Source: Diadema antillarum (taxonomy: Eukaryota). Taken from it: DNA of 64,000 bases. Positions 1 to 11,525 of the stretch are shown one piece after another. Where the stretch lies: positions 124,001-188,000 of the forward strand of contig NW_027271572.1 of the NCBI RefSeq assembly GCF_040938485.1. The letters run 5' to 3'. Under the pieces are notes generated by a model. The model saw nothing but the letters and a program-made list of their open reading frames with translations. It was not told where the DNA came from and made no database searches. How positions within the stretch are numbered: position 1 is the first letter of the stretch; every line of letters starts with the position of its first letter. The translations under genes and the position numbers were made by a program.

Positions 1-30
1 AAAACACAACTAAATATGTTTACTAGTATA

Positions 31-33
<3 letters not shown>

Positions 34-83
<50 letters not shown>
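34..83. repeat. (AT)n microsatellite
   Basis: Perfect TA dinucleotide run; mixed (TG)n/(GA)n follows at about 128-177. Confidence 0.95.
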
Positions 84-86
<3 letters not shown>

Positions 87-1984
87 GAGAGTGAGAGATG
101 AAAAGAATTCCTTTAGCACATGTTAGTCTGTGTGTGTTTGTGTGTATGCGTGTGTGTGTGTGTGAGAGAGAGAGAGAAGATAGAGCGACATAAAAAAGAC
201 ATTCTGATTTCAAAGCTTTGTTTTCAGATTTGCTCTAAAATGCATAATATAGCATGGATGATATAGGAATACATTCAGGCACGCAGGCATCTAAATATGT
301 CACGTGGACATCGAAGAAGAAAGAACTGCACACATTCACACATAGATGCGCACGTGCGTGGTTGTGTTTACATGAGATGTAACAACATGTCTTTTTCTCC
401 TTCTGTTGGTTATACTCAAAGCAGCACATTTTTTGGCACCACGTGGCTAGATATAGGCAATCTATTTGCTATGTGATTTGCACGAGATGAAACGCATAAC
501 CTAAATAAACTAACAGCATTCAAGAAGTGAAATGATGGGAACCCGAGTGAGGTGGAAAAGAAAAATGACAGACGACAAAGTTCTGGCGGAACGACCGCTG
601 TTTATTCATGTACTCATGTTTCTACTTTTCTTTTGTCTTTTGGCTTGCGTCATATTTCTTCTGTAAATGTTATTATCAACATTCATCGCCTCCTGATCAT
701 TTATCACATGACAAAATGTGAAAAAATGCGTGTCATATTATGTTCAATAGGAAATAATGCACAATGATAAAACACACAGTGTTAACAATGAATTAAAAAT
801 TGAAACGCAACATCTTAATCGGCATAATCTTAATGTAATAACAGGTCATTCATCGTATGCGAGTATTGATTTTGATCGTTTACATAGTTTACAAGCAATC
901 TGTCTTCATCACCACAAATCTTTGTGATCTATTTTCAATCATAGCAATCGCAGCGATATCTTTAATTCAAATCATCTTATAGAGCCCGGACATTTACTCT
1001 GCCAGGTGTCAAAATATCATGCGTAAAATCTGCGTGTTGTGTCACGTGAGTTTGTTTTGGCCTTTATCTTCTTTGGTTTTGTTCGAGTCGATTACTTTCT
1101 CTGACATTCTTCATAAGTGATGTATTTCGATAAACTATGACTTTGCTTCCTTTGTTCGTTTCGGGTTTTTTTTTTTTGTATTTTCATGATCTCTTATATA
1201 TTTTTCATTTTATTATGTGCTGTATCATGGTATTGTAATTTTCGACAGTTATTTTGTAAATCATGTAAAAGGTTTAACCTGCCATTCATTTTACATGAAA
1301 CGGTGGACCTGGTTTTGTATATATATATATATGTATATATATATGTTGTATACACATTGTCTTGAACTTGAATAAGGCCATGATTGAACAATTGTTACAC
1401 AAATAAGTTATCTGCAATCAAAGGACTTTTTGGCTCTTTTTCTTCATGACGCACTCTTATGTGTCATTCTTGCTTGTATATAATCCACCACTCTTTAATA
1501 CGCTAGTATATATGATATTATGTAAGCACGTTTCATTCTTTCGACAGGTACTCTGTCATTGTCTTTTGTTCTGTGTTGAATCGTGATCTTATGCAAACCT
1601 TATAATCGAAAAAGAAGTGAACAAGAATGAATGCAGAGATACACCTATTTACTGACTGCCAAATGAGGCTTATCTCACATACATTCAACTATGTATAAAG
1701 GAAGCGTCGAACTACGAAGGAAAGAACCGAGTGGTAGACGTGGGGTGAGATGATTCCGGATGTGGTGAACAATGCAAAGCATTCCCTTCCCATATATGTT
1801 ACCTAAACCCATTAATTCCGGTCATAGATACGTGACTATTTAGATCGAGAAATGAGAAATGTTAACTCAGATCCTATAATATAGTTGATAGATAACAATA
1901 TCCCCACCTGACACACAGCATACATTCGTTACATATAGGTGTGTACGCTTCTGCGTACTCACGCATTTAAAAAGACGAGCTACT

Positions 1985-1987
<3 letters not shown>

Positions 1988-2030
<43 letters not shown>
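1988..2030. repeat. (AC)n microsatellite
   Basis: Perfect AC run; source of the THTHTH / CVCVCV spurious ORFs. Confidence 0.95.
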
Positions 2031-2034
<4 letters not shown>

Positions 2035-2329
2035 CCAGTAAAAACTGCGTTGTTTCTTGGTCCTGGCAAATCGTGGCGGCTCACGCACATGCACATGGTG
2101 AAGTTAGTAATTTATGGTTGTGCTGCGTATACACTCTTTTCTCGCCTTATAAAAGGAGAACAAACAAATTAACCCCCCCCCCCCGATAAATAAAACATGA
2201 AAATGCGATTTCCTCTGGAAATTGGATTTGATAATTATGTACACCATCATGTTATCATGATTTGACGGTTAATTCCTATATACACCGTCGATAAAACAAC
2301 AATCAAGTGTTTGTGTGTGTATGTTTGTT

Positions 2330-2382
<53 letters not shown>

Positions 2383-3006
2383 TTCTTTACGTGTGTTTGG
2401 GGAGATTCACGTACCAGTATTCCTGCGACATTAGCACAATGTAATTACGGTCATGATGAACTCTTCAAGATATAAACATTCATAATGTGATAAAAACCTA
2501 AATGGCATAAAAACGCTTCATCGTGCCGGGGAAGCGCATGTTTTAGAAACAAGACACCAAACAGGTTATCAAGTCATCGCATTCTTCATCAGCGACCAGA
2601 ATGCGATGTATGATGTTAGATTAAAATCCGTTTCTGAAGCAGACATACACACGGTTATACGTGTGCTCCTGGTCATGATGAACTTTTCAAGATAGATAAA
2701 TATTTATATAGTTACGCATTAAAAATATGCAGATTAATATAAACAAGTGCGTACGCATTACATAAGTATAGGTGTGTGTGTGTAAATGCATGATGTGTGA
2801 GATTCTTAGAGTCATGTATGCTGATTTGTTTCTATGTTTAAAACAAAACTGCAATATATCATCTTAAATAATCTATATTTACAATATCTAACTTTCGGGG
2901 AATGTTGATTTATCTCCCCTATGGAATTTTTTGGAGGTGTCAGATTCCACAGAGTCCGAGATAAAAATACTGTTTCCTTTTCTTGTTTGTTTTCTATTTT
3001 AGATTT

Positions 3007-3141
3007 NNNNNNNNNNNNNNNNNNNNNNNNNNNNNNNNNNNNNNNNNNNNNNNNNNNNNNNNNNNNNNNNNNNNNNNNNNNNNNNNNNNNNNNNNNNNNN
3101 NNNNNNNNNNNNNNNNNNNNNNNNNNNNNNNNNNNNNNNNN
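3007..3141. other. Assembly gap (N run), first of eight
   Basis: N runs at 3007-3141, 18269-18416, 25190-25362, 31212-31496, 53478-53868, 54436-54581, 55252-55408 and 62207-62530; several abut microsatellites. Confidence 0.99.
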
Positions 3142-3639
3142 ACCTTGGGAAAATAAAGAAGAGGGAAGAAAGCAGAGGAGGGTTTGGAAATGGGCAGGGA
3201 TCTAGACCTTTTAATTGTATCCTAATTTGTCGGTGATAATCCAGAGCAGATGTAGCGACAGGCACGGCGAATGGAGACGATGTCTCCTCTGGCTATCCCA
3301 GATCTGTCCGCGGGATGATAGCAGTTGTCATCACCGGTGGGAGAAGTTGCAACAAGAAGCAGACACCAAATGCAAGTTCTGTGAGCCTATATCTTCCTAT
3401 TTCTCCCTCTCCCCTCTTCTCTCTCTCACCCTCTCCTCTCTCACGCACACACACACGCACACGCACCTGACAACCAATCTGTATATGGTGTTGAACTGTG
3501 TATGGTATACCTTCCGTCTAATTACGTGTATCTTGTCTGTTTATCTCGGCTGACAAAGCAAATTTCCCCTTCGGCATGAAGCATCAATCAGACGTTTTCA
3601 GAAAAACCGGAGGAAAATACTGCCTAATGGTCCTGTAAT

Positions 3640-4030
3640 TGGTCTTTAACGACGTATATGTTCGATACGGTGGAGACACGCCGTGTAGCAGGCATTAGCG
3701 CGGGATTGCATTACCAACAGCACAGGTTGTGCGCACACTTAGCGGCCGGCTGTTTTACCCATTCACACGGAGATTCGCCGTGGAGCGCGAGCTCGCTGCG
3801 AGCGGGCGAAGGCAGGCCGCGACGGGAGAGAAGCAGACACAAGCGACACACAATAATAGCGGGAGCGTAACAGAATCCCTAGCCGCCTGCTCCGGCTTGG
3901 AGTGCACGTATGGTTCCGCCGCGTCAGCGGGATAAAAACCTGGGCGGGGGTGTTACGAGCGGGGAGCCGTTGTTGGAGCTAAGTTGGGGTTAATGCGTTC
4001 TGACATAGACCGCTGATGGACGGACGCGCG
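3640..4030. promoter_or_regulatory. GC/CpG-rich island, candidate promoter or enhancer
   Basis: CpG-dense against an AT-rich background; palindrome GCGAGCTCGC 3787-3796; GC box GGGCGG 3942-3947; no coherent ORF. Function is inferred. Confidence 0.35.
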
Positions 4031-4801
4031 AAAGAGACATCACGCTCCTTAAAACAAAGGGCGTGCATGAGACTGGAGTCATAAAACTATACGGGAAGAG
4101 AAATGGGCTTATTGACCACGAAGAATAGACCGATGAGAGATATTGGGGCGTGGGAGACAAAGGGGAAATGACGGGAAAGAGACAATTCCTGACAAAGACT
4201 TCAGAAAAATAGATTAAAGGGGTTGGGGGTGGGAGGGGAGGGTGCAGATCTTGTCAACATTAGAAATCAAAATGATAGGGCCTGTCAGGTCCCCGAGAAT
4301 GATGGTCGTACAGGGAAATCATATCCTCCATTTGAATAGTCCAAAGTGTCCTGCAAACTGACAAAATAAGAATGAATCGCCAAAAGGACAATGGCTACCG
4401 AACTGTTGTGTGTGTTTGTTTGTTTTGTTTTAATTTTGTCCGTTTCATCTTCAGATTTTTCCACTGACAGAGAACAAGTGAAACTAACGGCTGAGATTGA
4501 ATCTTGGCTACTCTGCGTGTCCCAGGACGTATCCTATCTGGACGTCAGCAATCCTAAGCTGCACGCTGAAGTACTGCTATAAAGAGGGAGACACTACATG
4601 TATATATATACCGCAAATTAACTGCATTGCCTTTTCCACCTTCGTAACAGATCTATCTTTCTATGTAATATTATCTATCATTATATAGACACATTACAAA
4701 CCTTGGATATAGATATTTCAAAATAATTATTTGTAAGAACTCACATAATATATGACCTACATAATTACATATAGACAATTTTAAACATATTCGTACATCG
4801 A

Positions 4802-4832
4802 TAAGTCGATAGATAGATTGACAGACAGACAT

Positions 4833-4873
<41 letters not shown>

Positions 4874-4890
4874 AAGATAGAGAGGGAGAG
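4802..4890. repeat. (TAGA)n/(CAGA)n compound microsatellite
   Basis: Visible tetranucleotide array; similar (GATA)n at about 18168-18260 and (TATC)n at about 62531-62690. Confidence 0.9.
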
Positions 4891-5539
4891 AGATGCGTCT
4901 GAGCTTAATGATTAGTCGTGTGTATAATACACAATATTGATAATAATCAGGCATGCGTAATTATAATGGGTATCACATTATTCTGCATATTATCAGGTAT
5001 ATCTATTGCTACGTACTACACTAACCGTGTCATAATTCCCATATTCATTCATCCTTTTCTATTTGACCAGGCCACCTATGCATAATTAGACTAGCATGGT
5101 CGATGGTTTCTCGTACCAATCTAATTTCCTGGAACGTAATATCAAAATATTATAAACACTTGTTGTTATCTTTTCTCTTGGCTGAAGAAAAGGTCGAAAC
5201 ATCCATTTACCGCGCTGCGTTCGGCTGTTGTATAAATTATTCAGGATAACTTCGAACAGCAGTGCCTGCATGCTAATGCCTCTATCCTCCCTTCTCTTCT
5301 ATTTATATACCTCCAATGCTCCCCCTCCCCAACACTCTCTCTTTTGAATGGAGGGGGTGTCGTTACTGTTATCATACCACAAAAGGCTATGTAGATGAAG
5401 TAGATAATGAATCATTATGTAGATATTGTTTTGTTATATCAGCGTTCTATACGCAAAGCGCCCTGGTCGCGATTTGGTGTTATGACGATGACAGTTTCAG
5501 TTTGAATTTCTGGTTCATGTTATCCAAATGTTTCTAGTC

Positions 5540-5541
<2 letters not shown>

Positions 5542-5614
<73 letters not shown>
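5542..5614. repeat. (AT)n microsatellite
   Basis: Perfect TA run of about 73 bp. Confidence 0.95.
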
Positions 5615-5622
<8 letters not shown>

Positions 5623-6346
5623 GCATATATACGCTCACAAATACAAATTACATGCATGTATGTATTATATGCATGACATATGTTAAACATGTATACGTCT
5701 GGGCATCTCACACTCTCTTTGGTACAACAATGCAATCTAACAGGGAAAGGCTGATATGCCCAGTCTTCTGTGCTTCTCCATGAAAATCAAATGAAACCAT
5801 GCCGAGATAGATCGTGCCCTCGATGACTTCATGACAGCTAATTTGACGTCCAATTCTCAAGCGATATCGCCTAGTTTGTCATCTCCCGAGTTCTGCATGC
5901 GGCCATGTATATTATGCCAATGGCAAGCGCGCATATCAAACTCGGCAATTAGGTACCTCCCGACACCGCGCTCTCCCGGCGCTATACACACCCCTCGCCC
6001 GGCCGGGCCCAGGGTTTCTTATAGACATCATTAACATTTTAATTATTATTGCAATCATCAATATTGTCATCCGTATGATTGTCTAAAATTTTGTCTGTGA
6101 TTAGGCAGGGGTAGCTCTCGGCAACTATCACTGATGTTCATACACCAGAAGAGGGTCGGGGTTTGTATTTTTTTTTTTTTGTGGACGTGTTGTTCTTTCC
6201 AAAGAGCATTCATATCCCTGAGGTGGAATATCATGACAGTGAATGAACTGATATCGCAAGGTCGGTCTGTGGCATAAATTTGAAAAAAAAAAAACAAGTA
6301 CCACCTGAATAATGATGGCACAACTGTAAGAGCAGGCTATACTTAA

Positions 6347-6914
6347 AGGACAAGTTCACCTTCATAAACATAAGGATTGAGAGAATGCAACAATATTAGT
6401 AAAACACATCAGTAAAAGTTTGAGGAAAATTGGACAATCGATGCAAAAGTTATGAATTTTTAAAAATTTTGTGTTGGAACCGCTGGATGAGGAGACTACT
6501 ACAGCTTGTGAGTCATATGCGTACAACAGTATAAAGAAAATGTAAAGAAAATTCAACATATTTTCACTCTTTTCGCATAATAAAAGAGCACTTGACTTGC
6601 CTCTTTCTAAAGGCAGGGGGAATAATATTACCCATAACATTTGTCGATAACGAGTCGGGGGAATGTGTACTTTTTTCAAAAGATGAAATTTTGTGAAATT
6701 CTCTTTATATTTTCCTTATATTGTTGTACGCATGTGACATCTAAGTTATTCACACATTGCAGTAGTCTTCTCATCCAGCGGTTACTGCACAAAAACTTCA
6801 AAAATTCATAACTTTTGAACGGATTGTCCGACTTTCCTCAAACTTTCAATGATGTGTTTTACTAATATTGCTACATTCTCTCAATTCTTATGTTTATGAA
6901 GGTGAACTTGTCCT
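6347..6914. mobile_element. Kolobok-type non-autonomous DNA transposon (MITE, foldback-like), 568 bp
   Basis: TTAA at 6343-6346 and 6915-6918; termini AGG...CCT; the terminal 28 bp AGGACAAGTTCACCTTCATAAACATAAG form a perfect inverted repeat, and imperfect inversion continues for about 200 bp. TTAA TSD with RR..YY ends is the Kolobok signature (piggyBac ends start CC). No transposase ORF. Confidence 0.85.
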
Positions 6915-8675
6915 TTAAAATGTCATACTTCTTTTTTAATCACTTTCTCCAGGAATCAAGATGAATGAGTTTATATCAAGTTATTCGTATAAGAGAAATG
7001 CATTTCAACCGAAGAATTCCACAGAGATTGTTCTTTTCATTGTTAAAATCGACAATAACTGTAAATGAATCTTTATCACAGGGTAGAAAGTTATAAACTG
7101 ATATCTATTTTTCCCTTTTCACTCGTGATTTCGACAACACTCTTTAGACTGCAAACAGATCAAACCCCGCTTACAATACAGACAGCTACATAATCCGATA
7201 AATAAGTCAACAGATGGGCGGAAAAAAAAAAGATCCATAAATTTTGCCTCGCCCGCCGTTTCCCCCCAAACGATCGCATACTAAATCGTTTTTTCCCCCT
7301 CTTCCCCTTCCTGAATCATGTATATTTTTCGAACAAAAGGCAAAAGACAGTTGGCGGATTTGCGGTGTTCATCAAGGGGAAATTACCTTACCAAAACTGT
7401 GACAGCGAGATGGGAGATAGGGTGGGGGGTGAGTCGGGGCTGTATGGAGGGAAATGGATGCTAATATAACAGTGGCAAATAAGTGATAGAAATTGGCGGC
7501 TAGAGTGAACACACACACACACACACACACACACTCGCAAAAAGGGAAAAACACGTGTGATGGCACTAGACCAATGTGTCCACTTATTCGGCGGTCTTTA
7601 TTCAAATGATAATCGATGCCTGGGTAATTTTCCGCGAAATTTGGAACAGACGGGCACCACAAGTCATTCGGCAAATGCATCATTTGCACGTAAATACAGG
7701 AAAAAAATATTTGTGTTATTGCTCCATCGTGTTCCTATCTGTTCTTTGTCAGTGCACATAGACACATACGATGCGTTCGCCAACTAATAGTGAAGTCTAG
7801 TGCAATTATAGCAACATTATAGCTATAATACGATTGCTTTATAATAATACGAAATCGTGCAAATTGTCAGTTTGTCGATTTCGTGATGATTGTTTTTTTC
7901 CTTTCATTTCACTCCTAGTTTGATAATTTTGGTAATTCCCTATCAAAGTGTTGAAGTGTTGTTGTTGGGGGTTTCTTTTAAAGCGCATATTATCGCCATT
8001 GTTGACATGAAATCGATATTGTTCACACCGTTGACTGCAAAAAGAAATACATAATCGATACTTCCAGAAGCTTTAAAATTTGTTATTGGCTTATCTTGAT
8101 CCTACTCATTTGTTGTTGTTGTTGCTTCGTCTGGAAGGGTTAGTCTGAGCAAACTACAAATAATATACAAAAACTCTTTTTCTTCAAAACACATTTTGTG
8201 CAACTGGCGTTGATCCATTAGATATAACTCACACATTTGATTAATCGATGATAATCATTCACAATCTTAATGATTGTGATCTAAATGATAATTGGTATAG
8301 TTAAGAGATAACAGATATATCTGTGCCTGGTATCTGCTTCAAGACTTGTTCACATCCAAGAGTGGCAAAATCGTATAAAATTGCTTTTCGTTGTCGTAAG
8401 TCCAAGTGTTTATGTCTCTTTTCTCACCTCGTTGCGCAAAAGTTTATGCATCTGTAGCGCCGATGCAGTGTCTGTGCCAGTGTGCCTTATGCTTGTCAGT
8501 TAGCGCCGACTATGTTCCCAGTTTCATCCAAATTAGAACCACGTCACCCCTTCTTGGAATACCCGGTCAACATGAGTAAATCGAATCACTACTGATATTG
8601 TGTACAAAATGGTTGCCAATGGTAATATTATGTATAGTTCGCAGCTGGCACCAAGGACGCTAAATGGGTCACAAT

Positions 8676-8890
8676 TTCAATTCAATTCAATTCAGTTCAA
8701 TTCAATTCAATTCAATTCAATTCAATTCAATTCAATTCAATTATTTTTTTCCATATTCATTTTTCGACATAAACATATAGATATCACTTTCTTTGGTAAC
8801 AGAAAATATTCTTCTCAGTACAAGGCATCGAAAATGTTATGTGCGATCGATCGTCATATATCTCTATGTTATGCCATGCGTGTACTTTAA
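8676..8890 (-). mobile_element. Probable LINE/retroposon 3' end with (TTGAA)13 tail
   Basis: (TTCAA)n array at 8676-8740 on +; on - an AT-rich segment ends GGAAAAAAATAA followed by the pentamer tail, the same tail type as the + strand copies at 10594 and 61775. Confidence 0.5.
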
Positions 8891-9179
8891 TTGTATGTTA
8901 TGCCGCAGAACCCATCTTCATAGTGTCAGATACCGCGATATAAAATTGCCACAGAGAAGTGAGATTGGTAGTTTACATAGTTTAATAACAAGTAGATGGT
9001 CGCATAGAAATCATGAAAAGATTTTTGAAGATTATAGTTTCTCATAGAGGAATATTTTAAATTTCAATTTAGAAAAATGAATGAAAATTGTAATAAGCTA
9101 CGGATCAATAAAAATGATATAGAGAAATTATGTAAAAAAACAAACAAACATATGTTTTGATACAAGATACAGGAAAGGT

Positions 9180-11525
9180 CATTAATGAAGTATTGAAGAA
9201 AATAAAGTGACAGACACAATAGGTGTAAATTTAGTATGATGGTATGATTAAAGATGAAAAGAATTAAATCTTACATATTCTTACGGTTTTTCCTTGTCAG
9301 TGGGTTTGGTTGAAAGAAATCCATGATAATGTAAAAAGAATCCAAGTATGTATATCATTGTGGGTATTTTTTTCACTAAGTAATATTCGAGATACATTTT
9401 TTTATAATCAATTGTCGATATCAGATATTATTAATTTTGCTTTGAAATGTGATATCAACAAATCAGCTGGTTATGATGAAATTAGTGAGGGAGTTTTGAA
9501 ATGTTTGATACATCTAATTGCCTATCCTTTGTGCAATATTTTTAATTCCTCACTTGAGTAGGTAGTCTTTTCCATTGCAATGAAAATTGACAATGTAGTA
9601 TCTGTTTTTTTAAGTGGAGATAAAAAAAGACAGACCAGTTTCTAATATCTATTTTAGTAAGCTTTTGGAGTAAATAATTTATGATTAATTGTTTTTTTCA
9701 TAAACATAATATTTTGTTTGTTAAACAGTTCAGTTTTAGATAAGGTCACAGTACTAACCATGCACTTGTTACTTTTACAATAGACTTGCCAAAGTTTTAG
9801 AACAAAAGAAACAGCAGTAGGATTAGTTTTAGACTTATTCTAAGCAATTGACTGTAGCGATCATTTAAATGTGATAGATGAATTACAGCGTTATGGAATA
9901 GGGGGAAGTGCAATGCAATGGTTACAGTGTTATTCAAGTGATCGGCAGCAATTAACATCAATGTACATATTATATATATTTGCTTTTAAGTCACAATATG
10001 AAAGTATTTCGGTTGGTGTTCCTCAAGGATCCAGCCTTGGACAACTGGTGTTTTTTTAATCTATATTAATAATTTGCAATATGTAAGCAATATTTTGTAT
10101 ATTTTCTTATTTTCTGGTGGTACCTGATTTCTTTTTTTTTTTCATCTTGAAGATAAATCTTATAGATTTTGGGGTATCAGATAATGTTTTAAATTCTGAA
10201 ATGGGAAAAGTTTATCTATTTTTTTTTAGGTAATAAATCGTAAATAAATTTTCTGAAAGATGTTATGTTATACTTTAATTGTGAAAAAAAAATATGTTAA
10301 TGGAAATAAGGTGAAATTAAAGATCAACGATGTATTAACAAAACGAGTAAAAGGTCCTATTTTGCTCGGAGTAATAATTGACGAAAATTTGAAACGGAAA
10401 GAAAAATCAAATGTAGATTACTTCTTCTTTTTTGCTACCATGACAAAGTGTGCATTATTTCTTTTTTTTTTTATAATATCATTCGTGCATATATTTTTGT
10501 TGTGTTCAATGAACTGTCCTTACCAGTCGAATGAAAGTCAAATTGACACATGTACCGCTTTGAGTTACTTTTTTGATGGAAATAGATAAATTATTGAATT
10601 GAATGAAATTGAATACGCATGTAGGAAGATGCCAAGTGTATTGGAACTTTAAATACTGTAAGACATTTGTTTTCATTAAGATTTTTTGTTGAGTGGCATA
10701 AAACTTTGATTTTTTAAATATTTATTTAATGTATTTGTAATCTTGTGTGGGGTGTCAAATTGATGGAACTTATTTGCTTTATTTTTATTTTTGCTACATA
10801 AACGTCCTGTTCGTATAATATGTGAGTCTTATGGTTTAGCACATATACCAAAAAAAAGTTTTTAAAGTTGAATTTATTAAACATGTATGATATCTATTAT
10901 TTTCTAATGACAAATCTTTATACATTCATATTCAAAAAGTCTTTTACTTAATATTCTTGATGATTTGATAAGTATGTCAATAGTTAATAAGTATATCAAG
11001 TACATCAAGTATATCAATAGTTATGAAACCCGGTCCTGTAATAATTTGTATGTATAGCCTTATTTAGATATAGTTTTTCGAAAACTACGATACTATCTAT
11101 GCGGCTAAAACTTTGGGACACATTTTATGTAACGTTGAAACAATGTTAATCTATGAATATTTTTCGAAGAAATTTTAAATCATATTTGTTAAACAAGTAT
11201 AAGTAATCAATAGCCTGCTTTATATGTAAAAGTGTGTAACGTGTTTTGCTTTGTGTTATCATATGTTGTAAGTCTGTAATGTAGTATTTCATGTTTAAAG
11301 TTTATTATAAAGTATTTTGTATTTATGTAATTTTTGACGTTTATACAAAAGAAGTTTTACCGGGGATTAGTCTAGACAGGTCAAGGACCTTTGATTGTCC
11401 CCACATCAACTGCATTTATTGGGTTGTAGTGTTTTGTTTGTTCAATTGTCCTTGTTTGTGTGCAGTTACACTTTGTGATGTCCTTTAATTCTTAAGAGAT
11501 GTAAATGAATTTGAATTGAATTTAG
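9180..11525 (+). mobile_element. Decayed non-LTR retrotransposon (CR1/L2 group) ORF2 with 3' UTR
   Basis: Frameshifted translation gives GKVINEVLKK, KSAGYDEISEGVLK..IAYPLCNIFNSSL, GHSTNHAL, LQRYGIGG..QWLQCY..DRQQ, VGVPQGSSLGQLVFF/IYINNL (10015 onward), a catalytic FADDT box decayed to FSGGT (10110-10124), LGVIIDENLK, CRK.AKCIGTL, VRIICE...LAH...KLNLLNMYDI and SYETRSCNNL. A T-rich 3' UTR with a stem-loop and a GAATT-type tail at about 11505-11525 follows. Many stops. The 5' boundary is approximate and may extend to about 8900. Confidence 0.9.
10416..10614 (+). mobile_element. ~200 bp retroposon 3' end inserted inside the LINE; dispersed repeat copy 1
   Basis: Interrupts the LINE between ..NVDY and ACRK..; homologous to 61596-61792 (shared ACCATGACAAAGTGTGCATT, CATTCGTGCATATAT, GAATGAAAGTC, TTTGATGGAAAT); ends in ATTGA-type repeats. 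Confidence 0.8.

Noticed and set aside
8676-8740. Regularly spaced short repeats as CRISPR or other prokaryotic arrays
   Set aside because: All arrays are spacer-less microsatellites or two-copy duplications in eukaryotic DNA; no cas or operon-like ORFs.
10215-10235. T-run-AG|GTAATA as a recursive splice site
   Set aside because: Lies inside decayed LINE coding sequence where the poly-T run is mutational; incidental.
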